Part shown: positions 9,945 to 20,262 of the stretch, in pieces
Layout: each line of letters opens with the position of its first letter
Position numbering within the stretch: the stretch's first letter is position 1
Origin: an uncultured Acidobacteriota bacterium
GTDB lineage: Bacteria > Acidobacteriota > UBA6911 > RPQK01 > JAPXNP01
Direction of reading: 5' to 3'
Assembly (NCBI GenBank): GCA_963777605.1
Contig: CAVZRV010000031.1
Span: 96,001-160,000, forward strand
Length of the DNA: 64,000 nucleotides
The notes under the pieces: generated by a model
Told to the model about the DNA's origin: nothing
The model's input: only the letters and a program-made list of their open reading frames with translations
The model's database searches: none
Position numbers and translations under genes: made by a program

Positions 9945-11642
9945 TCATCGTCCGCGGATCCTTTCCAGGGACAGGTCTCCACCTTCCTCGACGACGTAGT
10001 GCCGATCGGCGATCACGCCCGCAAACTCCTGGACAGCTCCGCCGGGCCAGGAAATCCGGATCAGGTCGGCGCGGGAGTGACGCCCGAGACCGAAGTGTGC
10101 ACGAGGATCACTGGCCGAGAATATGCCGACCGTTCTCTTGATCTCCCAGGTCTGTTCTCCGCCGGCGGTCCGCAGTGTGATCCGGGCACCAATACCGTCC
10201 CGATTGCTGTCCCTTCCGACGACTTTCAACATGAGCCAGTGGTTGTGGTTCGCGAGGTCGTTCCGGAACAGGTGGGGCCGACCGTTCAGATTCGTAACGA
10301 TGAAATCGATGTCGCCGTCGTTGTCATAGTCGGCGAACGCAACTCCGCGCCCCACGCTCCCCTTCCGGAGGTCCGGGCCTGCCTGCCGGCTGAAGTCAGC
10401 AAAGGTCCCGTCACCCCGATTCCGATAGAAGGAACCTGGCTCCTCGTACTTCTCGCTGAGACCCGCATCCCGGAGGAACGGATAGACGTGGCCGTTGGCA
10501 TGGTAGATGTCCTTGAATCCGTCATTGTCGAGGTCAACGAAACGGGTCCCCCAACTGACCGAGAACCACTCAGGGGTCTGGACTCCGGCCTGGGCCGTCG
10601 CATCTATGAAGACCAGGCCTCCGATGTTTCGATACAACGTGGAGTAGTCGCTGGCGAAGTGAGTCACGTAGACATCCAGCCGCCCATCGTTGTCGTAGTC
10701 GGCCGCGTCAACCCCCATCCCGGCCTGGGCCATGCCGTCTCCGCTCAGGGCCAGGCCGCTCAGGTAGGCCGATTCGGAAAATGTCCCGTCTCCCTGATTG
10801 ACGAAGAGCAGATTGGGGCCGAAATCATTTGCCACGTAGAGGTCCAGATCCCCATCGTCGTCCAGATCAGCCCAAACGACCCCCAGTCCGTAGCGGCTGT
10901 CCACATCGTTGGCACCTGACGAAACGGACACATCGGAGAAGGTGCCGTCCCCGTTGTTTCGGTAGAGGACATCCGACGCTCCAGGAAGGCCGCGCGGACC
11001 GCAGACAGTCAAGTGTCCCAGGTATCGGCAGTCCGGCGGAGGGAGATTGCCGAGGTCGATCTTGACGTAATTGCAGACGTACAGGTCCAGGTCCCCGTCC
11101 CGATCGTAGTCACCGAAGGCAGCCGACGAACTCCACCGGGTGTCACCCACACCGGCGCGGTCCGTTACGTCGGTAAAAGTGCCATCCCCATTGTTGCGGT
11201 ACAGGATATTTGGACCGACACAGGTCTCGTAAATATCAGCAAACCCGTCGTTATCAAAATCGCCGAAGGTGACGCCGACTCCCCAGCCGCCCGTCAGGAT
11301 TCCGGACTCACGGCTCACGTCCGAGAAGGTACCGTCTCCAAGATTCCGGAAGAGTGAGCTGTGGGGATTGTCCCCCGATCGCAATTGCGCGAGGGTAGAA
11401 CCCTGAACCAGGAACAGGTCCATCCAGCCATCGTTGTCGTAATCCAGGAACCCGACTCCACCGCCCTTGGTCTCGAAGATGTACCGCTTATCGATCGGTT
11501 CACCACTGACGTGCTGAAAATCGATCCCCGCGGAGGAAGCAACCTCCTTGAACTCAACTCGAGGTCCATCGACTGCCGTCTCGCCGTACGGCCCGGCGAA
11601 AAACGGGAACAGAAGAAGCAACAACGAAACGATCCGGGTCAC
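9945..11642 (-). CDS. CRTAC1-family protein (FG-GAP repeats + ASPIC/UnbV domain)
   Basis: Repeated DYDNDG/NNGDGTF motifs; C-terminal SNRDGIGARI..HFGLG. Confidence 0.92.
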   Translation of the reverse strand: MTRIVSLLLLLFPFFAGPYGETAVDGPRVEFKEVASSAGIDFQHVSGEPIDKRYIFETKGGGVGFLDYDNDGWMDLFLVQGSTLAQLRSGDNPHSSLFRNLGDGTFSDVSRESGILTGGWGVGVTFGDFDNDGFADIYETCVGPNILYRNNGDGTFTDVTDRAGVGDTRWSSSAAFGDYDRDGDLDLYVCNYVKIDLGNLPPPDCRYLGHLTVCGPRGLPGASDVLYRNNGDGTFSDVSVSSGANDVDSRYGLGVVWADLDDDGDLDLYVANDFGPNLLFVNQGDGTFSESAYLSGLALSGDGMAQAGMGVDAADYDNDGRLDVYVTHFASDYSTLYRNIGGLVFIDATAQAGVQTPEWFSVSWGTRFVDLDNDGFKDIYHANGHVYPFLRDAGLSEKYEEPGSFYRNRGDGTFADFSRQAGPDLRKGSVGRGVAFADYDNDGDIDFIVTNLNGRPHLFRNDLANHNHWLMLKVVGRDSNRDGIGARITLRTAGGEQTWEIKRTVGIFSASDPRAHFGLGRHSRADLIRISWPGGAVQEFAGVIADRHYVVEEGGDLSLERIRGR

Positions 11643-12935
11643 TCCGGGTTCTCCTCCTGTCGGGTTCTCGTGATCTCCTGCTCCCGGCGCTGAGTCTCAG
11701 CAACCTGGAGTTCCCGAAGCGCCTCGTCCGGTCTGTCCAGCTGGCGCAGCGTCATGCCGAGTGAATAATGGGCCTCGGGGTAGATCGGTCGGATTCTCAC
11801 AGCTTCACTGAATGCGCGCAACGCACCATGAAGGTTGCCCTTCTGCTTCAGGATCGTCCCCAACGTCAGCAGAGCTTCCGGATCTGATTTCAAATCAACA
11901 ACCTTCCAAAGAGCGTCTTCGGCTGCGTCGGCGTTCCCTTTGACCCACCACGTCATTCCCATCTCGTGCCACGCATCCCCGAATTGAGGGTCCAGTTCTG
12001 TTGCCCTCCGAAAAGCGTCAAGGCACTCATCCAGTTTCCCCTGCTCTTTCATCGCCTTGCCCAGATTGAAGAGGACCACCGGATCGTCGGGCTCTGCTTC
12101 GAGGATGCTTCGAAAGAGAGACTTCCGCTTCAACGGCCTGTCCGGCCTGCATCAGCGCGACTCCTCGATTGTGCCGAACCTGAAGATCGTCGGGGTATTG
12201 GAGGCTGAGGTCACGGAACCACCTGACAGCAGATTCGACCTGCCCAGAATTCAACAGCGCCAGTCCAAGGTTGTTCTGCGCCCGCACAAACCCGGGTTCG
12301 AGCCGGATGGCTTCCTCAAAACAACGAACGGCATCTGCATGCCTCCCGGATTGCTCGTAAGCCTCGCCCAACTGGTTGTGGACCGGCGCAAGCCTCGAAT
12401 TCAGTTTCAGAGCCGTCTCGTACTGGGCAATCGCCTCATCCAAACGCCCCTCCGCCGCCAGCACATTTCCGAGAAAGTAGTCAGCCTCGACCAGGTCCGG
12501 GTCAAGCTCCAGGGCCTTCCGAAGTTCTGCCTCCGCTTCGCCCAATTTTCGCGTCCAGAAGAAAGTCACGCCGAGGCTGTATCGTACTTTGGCCGAGTTC
12601 GGGGCCAACTCCAGAGCTTTACCCAATTCGTCGAACGCCTGTTCCCATTCTCCTTTTCTCCCATGCCCAAGAGCCTGGTCGAGGTACTTTTCAACCAGGG
12701 GACTTTCCGAAAGTGATCGAGTCGTGCCGGCCCAACAGGGAGAAATCATCAACCATAGAAGCAGCATGCATAACAGGTAAGGCAAGTCACTCCGGACTCC
12801 GCCAGTGCACGCTGGCGCATGGAGAGAGCAGTTCCTGACGTGTCTCGGAAAATAGCTCGGCCCGCACATCCCGTTTGACTTATCCTCCCACCGCAGAGGA
12901 ACGAGGTGCAAGTTCGCTACCCGGGAAACTCGCAA
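11639..12935 (-). CDS. Tetratricopeptide repeat protein; frameshift near 12120; start uncertain
   Basis: Tandem TPR motifs in ORFs 12027-12935 and 11639-12133. Confidence 0.85.
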
Positions 12936-13131
12936 CTCCCTGCAGCCCGCTGCTCCCCATGGACGGAAATGATCGCCTGCAAAATCCTGATATCGTAATC
13001 TCCAATTTGATCTCGCAATTATATCGATTCAAGGCTAAGATTACGAAAAGTAATTCGACCGGGACTGCCCACTCTCTTGCGGTGCTTGTTACGCGCGCCG
13101 AGTGGGCCCGCTTCACGGAAAGGGAGGAAGA

Positions 13132-15492
13132 GTGACCTGCGATCTTGAGCTGAATCGAAGCTCCCGCCTGCTGCGACTTGAGCTCAGCATTGCGGTCTTT
13201 TCGATGCTGGCCGGATTCAGCTTTGCGGGACCACCGGACGGGGCCCTGACCGGGACCGCTCCGCTCACATTGAAAGGAGACCTGTCATTTCAGGTTCTTG
13301 ACGGGGTCGATGCGCTGCTGCTGAAAAGAACCGAAGATTCCGTTACGAGCCGGGAGTCGATGTGGAGCCGGGATTACTCCTCGTTCGAGGCCTACACAAA
13401 ATCTGTTTCAGCAAACCGGGAGCGCTTTCGCCTTTACTGCGGCGTCGTTGACGAACGCCTGCCTTTCACCGATCTTCAGCTCGTGGGCAGCCTGCACACA
13501 CCAGCCCTGGTTGCGGAAACAAACGCAGTCAGAGTCTTCGCAGTCGAATGGCCGGTCTTCGCGAACGTCTCGGCTGAAGGGTTCCTGCTGGAGCCAAAGA
13601 ATCAGGTGCGGGCACAGGTCGTGGCGGTACCGGACGCCGACTGGACTCCTGAAAAACTGGCTGGCATTGGTGCCGCCGTCCACGGGGAGCCGGGATTCGC
13701 GCTGAAACTGGCCGAAGCGGGTTGCCGCGTGCTTATCCCGACGATCATCGATCGAGCGGCCACCTGGTCAGGGAACCCTCGAGTCCGGATGACCAACCAG
13801 ACTCATCGAGAGTTCATCTATCGACAGGCCTACTTCCTTGGTCGCCACATCATTGGATACGAAGTTCAGAAGATTCTGGCTGCGGTCGACTATTTCTCAC
13901 TTCCTGCCAGCAACCCCAACGGGCCGCTACCGATAGGAGTGGCCGGATACGGGGAAGGTGGCCTGCTCGCCCTCTACAGTGCGGCGATCGACTCTCGCAT
14001 TGGTGCCACTCTCGTCAGCGGGTACTTCCAGCAGCGTGAAGAACTCTGGAAGGAACCTGTATACCGGAATGTCTGGGGGCTCCTCCAGGAATTCGGAGAT
14101 GCCGGGATCGCTTCCCTGATCGCTCCGAGATCTCTGGTCATCGAAGCCAGCGAAGGTCCGATCGTGGAGGGTCCTCCTCCCCGGATCGAAGGCCGTGACG
14201 ATGCCGCTTCGGGAACTCTGGCATCACCGCCACTGGAGTCCGTGACGGCCGAGTTTTCAAAAGCGAGGGCGCACTTTCAGCGACTCGGCGTGGAAGATCG
14301 AATCCGCCTGATTGCCGATTCCACTGGAGCGGGGCCGCCATTTGGACCGTCAGCCGCGGCCGTTTTCACCGCCGATCTGCTAGGCGAAACCCCTCAATGG
14401 ACGGAGACTCCGAAGTCTCTTGCCGATCGCCGGGAGGGCTTCGAGCCATCCGCGAGGATGAGACGCCAAGTCTCGCAGTTGGTGGACTTTACTCAGCATC
14501 TCATGCGCCAGAGCGTGCTGGACCGGAGGGAGTTCTGGAAGAAAGCCGATGATACATCCGTCCAGAGGTGGGAGCTCAGCACGCGGTTCTACCGGGACTA
14601 CTTCTTCAGAGAAATGGTCGGGGTGCTGCCGGCCGTCACGGCCGACCCCAGCCCCCGGACCAGATTGCTGTACGAAACCGCAAAGTGGAAGGGCTACGAG
14701 GTGGTCCTTGACACCTGGCCGGGCGTCATCACCTACGGCATCCTTCTGGTCCCCAGAGACCTCCAGCCGAACGAGCGCCGTCCGGTTGTAGTTGCTCAGC
14801 ACGGGCGGGCGGGACGACCACAAGACGTGTGCAATCCGAATGAAGATACCCCCGCCTACCATTCGTTCGGAGCCCGCCTTGCCGACCAGGGATTCGTTGT
14901 CTTCGCACCGCAAAACCTTTATCTCGGAGAGGAGCGCTACCGTGAACTGCAGAGGAAAGCGATGCCCCTGAAGCTCACGATCTTCGCCCCCATGATCCGT
15001 CAGCATGAACAGGTCCTGCGCTGGCTGTCCAGCCTGCCTTTTGTGGATGCCGGGCGAATCGGCTTCTATGGTCTTTCCTACGGAGGCAAGAGTGCCATGT
15101 TCATTCCGGCTGTCGTCAAAGGATACGCGCTGTCGATCTGCTCGGGTGACTTCAACGAAGAAGTCTGGAAGCACGTAACGGTTGATGTCGGATACAGCTT
15201 TCTGCTGACCAAGGAGCACGAACACACGGAATTCGGCTTCGGTCAGAAATTCAACTACGGCGAACTCGCCGGATTGATTGCACCCCGGCCGTTCATGGTG
15301 GAGCGCGGGCACTCTGACGGAGTCGGAGAAGATGAATGGGTGGCATTCGAATACGCCAAGGTCAGACGACTCTACGACAAGCTCGGCATCGGCGACCGAA
15401 CCCGGATCGAGTACTTCAACGGCCCTCATGAGATCCACGGTGTCGGAACATTTGACTTTCTGCACAAATACCTGGTCTGGGCCAAACATTGA
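13132..15492 (+). CDS. Duplicated alpha/beta-hydrolase (dienelactone hydrolase / esterase-like) protein
   Basis: Two hydrolase-like halves; the C-half has HG, GLSYGG nucleophile elbow and H in GPHEI; the N-half has GYGEGG; RBS GGGAGG before GTG. Confidence 0.8.
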   Translation: MTCDLELNRSSRLLRLELSIAVFSMLAGFSFAGPPDGALTGTAPLTLKGDLSFQVLDGVDALLLKRTEDSVTSRESMWSRDYSSFEAYTKSVSANRERFRLYCGVVDERLPFTDLQLVGSLHTPALVAETNAVRVFAVEWPVFANVSAEGFLLEPKNQVRAQVVAVPDADWTPEKLAGIGAAVHGEPGFALKLAEAGCRVLIPTIIDRAATWSGNPRVRMTNQTHREFIYRQAYFLGRHIIGYEVQKILAAVDYFSLPASNPNGPLPIGVAGYGEGGLLALYSAAIDSRIGATLVSGYFQQREELWKEPVYRNVWGLLQEFGDAGIASLIAPRSLVIEASEGPIVEGPPPRIEGRDDAASGTLASPPLESVTAEFSKARAHFQRLGVEDRIRLIADSTGAGPPFGPSAAAVFTADLLGETPQWTETPKSLADRREGFEPSARMRRQVSQLVDFTQHLMRQSVLDRREFWKKADDTSVQRWELSTRFYRDYFFREMVGVLPAVTADPSPRTRLLYETAKWKGYEVVLDTWPGVITYGILLVPRDLQPNERRPVVVAQHGRAGRPQDVCNPNEDTPAYHSFGARLADQGFVVFAPQNLYLGEERYRELQRKAMPLKLTIFAPMIRQHEQVLRWLSSLPFVDAGRIGFYGLSYGGKSAMFIPAVVKGYALSICSGDFNEEVWKHVTVDVGYSFLLTKEHEHTEFGFGQKFNYGELAGLIAPRPFMVERGHSDGVGEDEWVAFEYAKVRRLYDKLGIGDRTRIEYFNGPHEIHGVGTFDFLHKYLVWAKH

Positions 15493-15534
15493 AGCCGGCT
15501 CTTCGACCGATCCTGGGGCCGGCTGGAGGAGAAA

Positions 15535-17892
15535 ATGTCGAAGCAAATACCGAAGACACTGGTTCTTCCTATTTTTCTGGTCCTGGCAGGCCAGGTTCTT
15601 TCTCAGTCACCGCCCAGCGCCAGGGACTTCACGATCGCTGCCAATCAGTATTTGGCGATCGAGAAACCTTACGATTACCACAGAAGTCTCGCAGCGGATC
15701 CGGTTCACCGTCCCGCCCGAAATCGGGAGAGACCGATCGGCGCTCGGGAAATGGAGATCGCTGACCAGGGCTGGGCCATCGTCATTCCCTCCGCGGCCGG
15801 AACCGTCCTGAAAAATGCTGCTCGTGATTTTCAGGACTACCTGGCAACGTCAATGGCGGTTCAGGTGGAATTAACCGAGGCCGATTCGATTCACGACTGG
15901 CCCCAGAGAAACCGAAGTATCGTCGTCGGAACCGGCACCCAGCTTCCCGGCTGCGGGAGCGAGTTGGACAGCCCCAAGGACTATCGACTCCAGTCTTCGG
16001 CCGACAGAGTCGTCGTTTGTGGGTACGACGAACCTGGAGCAGCCTACGGCCTGTACAACCTGGAGGCTCGCATGAACCTGAGGGAGGGGCCGTTTCTCCC
16101 GGAGAGCCTGGATGCGGTAAGACAGAGCCTGTACCAGACAAGAATGACTCTGAGTTGGCTTGGCTGGATGGAGTGGCCGGACAACTATCTGTCCCATCTG
16201 GCTCACGACGGCTTCGACGCGATCTACGCTTCTGTCTATGCCAATCCAAACGGGGCGGATGGCCCTTCGCTTCGGGCCGAGGACCTCTACTCGATTCTGA
16301 TGTTCGGAATGAAGGAACAATCTCCAGAAAAAGTTCATGACCTCGTCAAGCGTGCGGCTCGATTCGGAATCAGAGTGTATGTACCGATCATCTTCCGCTT
16401 TACGGGGGAACCGGAGAACGAAGCGAGCCTGAGAGCTCTGGTTCGCGAGATCGTGACGGAATTCCCGGACATCGCTGGGTATATCCTTCTGACCGAAGGC
16501 TTTTATTACAACAACTGGTTCGGCGCGGGGGGGCAGGGAGACCAGGACCTGCTCGACTGGGCAAAATCGTGGGTTAAAGGAGTTGCGGTTGTCACCGAAG
16601 AGTGTCACCGGATCAATCCCAGGATCGAAGTCCTGCCCTGGGAGTACAACATCGATTTCCGGCCAAACCGTGCCGAGTTGAAGCGCCAGGTCGTCAGCCT
16701 CCTGCCGACGGACTCAATCCCGCTTCTGACCTGGGAAAATGGAAAGAGCTTTGAGATCGACGGCCTTCGCGGGTATCTTCGCGACTACTCGCTGAACCAA
16801 GTCGGGCCTTCCGAAGTGACGGCCGCCCAGATCGCCGAAGCCAAAGCGCGGGGAATGAAAGTCTACAGCAAGGCGGACACGTTTGCCAGTTGGCAGTTTG
16901 GCACTGCTCCGTACATCCCCGCTCCCTACCAGTGGTACAAGCGATACCAGGCCCTCGAAGAGTTCGGAGTGGACGGAACTCACGAGAGCTGGAGTAATGG
17001 GTACAAACCCAATTTCATCGCAGAGATGCGGGCCTGGTACTGCTGGAGTGGAGCTCCTCCTCTGGAAGAGCTTTTGACCCGGATCGCGCGCCGTGATTTC
17101 GGGACTGGATCGGAGGCTCTGGTACTCGGGGCCTGGAAGGACTTCAGCCATGCGATCACGCTTGTCCCGGACACCGGGCCGTCGATGGGCACGAATTTCG
17201 CGATCGGAAACCCGCTCTTCTTTGAGGCGGGTCCGCCGCGGACCATGACGCTGGAGCACTCATGGCGGGATCCTGTGAAGTGGCGGGGGTACACCGGAGG
17301 TTCAATCAACCCTTACTGGCCTTACACCGCGAACTTTCTGACCTTCTTTCCCGACTTCACCAACCAGCAGAACCGGGCCGAGGCCTATGCGCGGTCGCAC
17401 TCCGGAATCGGGGCTCTTGAAGAGAGTCGGGACGGAGCGTCTATAGAAGTGCTCCCCGTCTTCGAGAAGTACCTGCTCCTGGCCGCCGACGGTTTTGAGC
17501 AGGGTCTTGAGAAGTACCGGAAGGCCGCCCTCCAGGCTCCGCCGGAGAAAAGGAGAACTGCCATGCGGGAGGTCCTGGTTGCCGAGCAGATCCAGCGAAT
17601 GCTGCGAAGTGATCAGGCCATTCTGGCATTTGAGAACGATCGCTTCAGGTTGGCAGAGAGTTCCGATCCTCTGGAGCAGGCACAACTCGTAAACGAGATG
17701 ACGAAGCTGCTCGGAGAGGAGATTATTCGTACCGAAGCAGCTCTCGATGCAGCCCGTCGAGACTCTCGGCTGGGCTACGAGTTTGAGCAGGATTACGTCT
17801 ATTCTCCCTACGTTCTGGAGGAAAAGCTAGAAGTCCTTCGCAAGACCCTGACCGAACAGATTCCAGCATATCGACGGAATCGCGGCTTCTGA
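15535..17892 (+). CDS. Secreted glycosidase-like protein, unclassified (paralog 1)
   Basis: Signal peptide; AARDFQDYL..VVCGYDEPGAAYGLYNLE (GH20/GH67 N-domain like); highly similar to the next gene. Confidence 0.65.
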   Translation: MSKQIPKTLVLPIFLVLAGQVLSQSPPSARDFTIAANQYLAIEKPYDYHRSLAADPVHRPARNRERPIGAREMEIADQGWAIVIPSAAGTVLKNAARDFQDYLATSMAVQVELTEADSIHDWPQRNRSIVVGTGTQLPGCGSELDSPKDYRLQSSADRVVVCGYDEPGAAYGLYNLEARMNLREGPFLPESLDAVRQSLYQTRMTLSWLGWMEWPDNYLSHLAHDGFDAIYASVYANPNGADGPSLRAEDLYSILMFGMKEQSPEKVHDLVKRAARFGIRVYVPIIFRFTGEPENEASLRALVREIVTEFPDIAGYILLTEGFYYNNWFGAGGQGDQDLLDWAKSWVKGVAVVTEECHRINPRIEVLPWEYNIDFRPNRAELKRQVVSLLPTDSIPLLTWENGKSFEIDGLRGYLRDYSLNQVGPSEVTAAQIAEAKARGMKVYSKADTFASWQFGTAPYIPAPYQWYKRYQALEEFGVDGTHESWSNGYKPNFIAEMRAWYCWSGAPPLEELLTRIARRDFGTGSEALVLGAWKDFSHAITLVPDTGPSMGTNFAIGNPLFFEAGPPRTMTLEHSWRDPVKWRGYTGGSINPYWPYTANFLTFFPDFTNQQNRAEAYARSHSGIGALEESRDGASIEVLPVFEKYLLLAADGFEQGLEKYRKAALQAPPEKRRTAMREVLVAEQIQRMLRSDQAILAFENDRFRLAESSDPLEQAQLVNEMTKLLGEEIIRTEAALDAARRDSRLGYEFEQDYVYSPYVLEEKLEVLRKTLTEQIPAYRRNRGF

Positions 17893-17931
17893 ATCAATCA
17901 TCGAGTTAATTGGTTGGAAACGAGGAGAACC

Positions 17932-20262
17932 ATGACCGCAAAATCCCTGATTATCCGGGTAACCTTCTTGTGCCTATCGGTCGGCGCCGGCCTGCCGAAT
18001 GCACCGGCGGCCACTGAGGAGTTCGATCGGGTCGCGTTTGATGCCCTCCCGGCTGAGAAGCCCTACACTTACCACGAGCAGCTCAAAACCGGCCCGGTAC
18101 ACGCGTTGCGCAGAGATCCAGTCGGCAGACCTGAGGCCGACGAGATGACCATTCCCGACCAGGGATGGCAATTGAAGTTTCCCCTCGACGGAGGCCCTGT
18201 CCTGAGCCAGGCGGTTACTGATTTCCAAGACTACCTTGCGACCTCGATGAAGGTTGCAGTGACGTTGAGGCAGCCGTCGTCACTCGGGGACTGGGAGCGA
18301 CAGGATCGATCCATCGTGGTGGGGACGCGGGAAAGTCTGCCGGGCTGCGGAGCGGAGTTGAGATCGGACAAGGACTATCGACTGGTGGTGTCGCCAGGCC
18401 GAATCGTCGTTTGCGGATACGATGAAAAGGGCGCTGCGTACGGATTGTATAACCTTGAGGCACGAATGAATCTCCGGGAAGGTCCCTATCTTCCGGAGAA
18501 ACTGGATTCCGCCCGTCACAGCCTGTACCGGACCCGGATGGTACTGAATTGGCTGGGTTGGATGGAGTGGCCCGACAATTACCTGTCCCACCTGGCTCAT
18601 GATGGCTTCGACGCGATTTATGCATCCGTTTACGCCAACCCCAATGGCGCCGAAGGAACCGCCCACTACGTGCTTGCCCGAAAGCAGGACCCTGCCGCCA
18701 TGAAGGACCTGATCGAGAGGGCCAGTCGTTTTGGGATCAAGGTCTATACGCCCCTCCTCTATCGCTACACGGGTGAACCGGAAAATCAGGAGGGCCTGCG
18801 GCAACTCGTCCGCGACATCCTGACTGAACTCCCCGAGATCCAGGGCTTCATACTGCTCACCGAGGGTTTCTTCTACGACCGCTGGTTCGGAGCAGGCGGA
18901 CAGGGTCAGCAGGACCTCCGGGAGTGGGCGCGCCAATGGACTCAGGCAGTCGAAGTCGTGGTGCAGGAAAGCCAGCGGATTAAACCCGGCTTCGAAGTCC
19001 TCCCCTGGGAGTACAACATCGACTTTCGGCCTCAGCAAGTGGATCTGAAGCGATATTTCATCAGCCAACTGCCGGAGGAAACCATTCCGTTTCTGACGTG
19101 GGAGAACGGCAAGGAGATCGAGGTTGATGGGCTCAGGGGCTTCATTCGGGATTACTCGATCAGCGTCGTCGGCCCCTCCGAGGTGACCCGCGCCCAGATT
19201 GCGGAAGCGAAACGCCGCGGGATGCGGGTCTACACCAAAGCGGATACCTTTGCCAGTTGGCAATTCGGCACAACGCCGTACATTCCCGCCCCGTACCAGT
19301 GGTATCGGCGCTACCAGGCGCTCGAGAAATACCAGGTCGATGGCACTCACGAGAGCTGGAGCTACGGGTACAAGCCGAATTTCATCCTCGAGATGCGCTC
19401 CTGGTACTGCTGGACAGAGGCTCCGTCGCTGGACACGCTACTGCGGCAAATCGCCCGGCGAGACTTCGGAGCAGGCGCTGAGGATCTGGTTCTCGATGCC
19501 TGGAAGGCTTTCAGCGACGCCATTCAGTTGCTCCCCGACACAGGGCCGTCGATGGGTACCAATTTCGCGGTCGGCAACCCGCTCTTCTTCAACCAGCCTG
19601 AGCCCAGGACGATGACTCTCGGGCACTCCTGGTGGGACCAGGAAAAGTGGAAGAGCCACCTCGCATCTCGGATCAATCCCTACTGGCCCTACACACGCAA
19701 CAGTTTCACCTTCATGCCCGACTTCACCAATCAGGTCAACCAGGCCGAGCGCTACGCTTTCACCCGCTCAGGCATCTCAGGAATCGAGCAGGATCCCGAA
19801 AAGCTCAAGACAACACCGATACTGCAGGTATTCAATAAGGGTCTCCTGGAAACGGCGGATCGTCTGGAGGATGGACTCGTGTCTTATCGCGAAGCTGCCC
19901 TCAAGACGCCGCCGACCAAACGAGCCGAGGCCTTCAAACAGGTTTTACTGGTCGAGCAGATGCAGCGGATGCTCCGGAGTGAGGTCGCGATTCTCCAGTT
20001 CGAGGACTTCCGCTTCCGGTTGGTTCACTCCGAGGATCGAGAGTCTCGGCGGAACCTGTTGAGTCAAATGGAGACGATCCTTCGGAAGGAGATAGAGCGG
20101 ACCCGGCTTTCTCTCGAGACGTCGATGCGAGACTCTCGCCTCGGATACGAGATGGAGATGGACTACGTCTACGCTCCTCACGTTCTGCGCGCCAAGCTGG
20201 AGGTCCTGGACCACGTCCTCAAGGAGGAGATTCCCGAATTTCGAAAGGAAGAGGGACTTTGA
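17932..20262 (+). CDS. Secreted glycosidase-like protein, unclassified (paralog 2)
   Basis: Identical block WLGWMEWPDNYLSHLAHDGFDAIYASVYANPNGA and other shared blocks with 15535-17892; RBS GAGGAG. Confidence 0.65.
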   Translation: MTAKSLIIRVTFLCLSVGAGLPNAPAATEEFDRVAFDALPAEKPYTYHEQLKTGPVHALRRDPVGRPEADEMTIPDQGWQLKFPLDGGPVLSQAVTDFQDYLATSMKVAVTLRQPSSLGDWERQDRSIVVGTRESLPGCGAELRSDKDYRLVVSPGRIVVCGYDEKGAAYGLYNLEARMNLREGPYLPEKLDSARHSLYRTRMVLNWLGWMEWPDNYLSHLAHDGFDAIYASVYANPNGAEGTAHYVLARKQDPAAMKDLIERASRFGIKVYTPLLYRYTGEPENQEGLRQLVRDILTELPEIQGFILLTEGFFYDRWFGAGGQGQQDLREWARQWTQAVEVVVQESQRIKPGFEVLPWEYNIDFRPQQVDLKRYFISQLPEETIPFLTWENGKEIEVDGLRGFIRDYSISVVGPSEVTRAQIAEAKRRGMRVYTKADTFASWQFGTTPYIPAPYQWYRRYQALEKYQVDGTHESWSYGYKPNFILEMRSWYCWTEAPSLDTLLRQIARRDFGAGAEDLVLDAWKAFSDAIQLLPDTGPSMGTNFAVGNPLFFNQPEPRTMTLGHSWWDQEKWKSHLASRINPYWPYTRNSFTFMPDFTNQVNQAERYAFTRSGISGIEQDPEKLKTTPILQVFNKGLLETADRLEDGLVSYREAALKTPPTKRAEAFKQVLLVEQMQRMLRSEVAILQFEDFRFRLVHSEDRESRRNLLSQMETILRKEIERTRLSLETSMRDSRLGYEMEMDYVYAPHVLRAKLEVLDHVLKEEIPEFRKEEGL

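Noticed and set aside
2508-19350. Long antisense ORFs (2508-3611, 7925-9043, 9792-10919, 14380-15546, 18280-19350)
   Set aside because: They are opposite well-supported genes and lack motifs.
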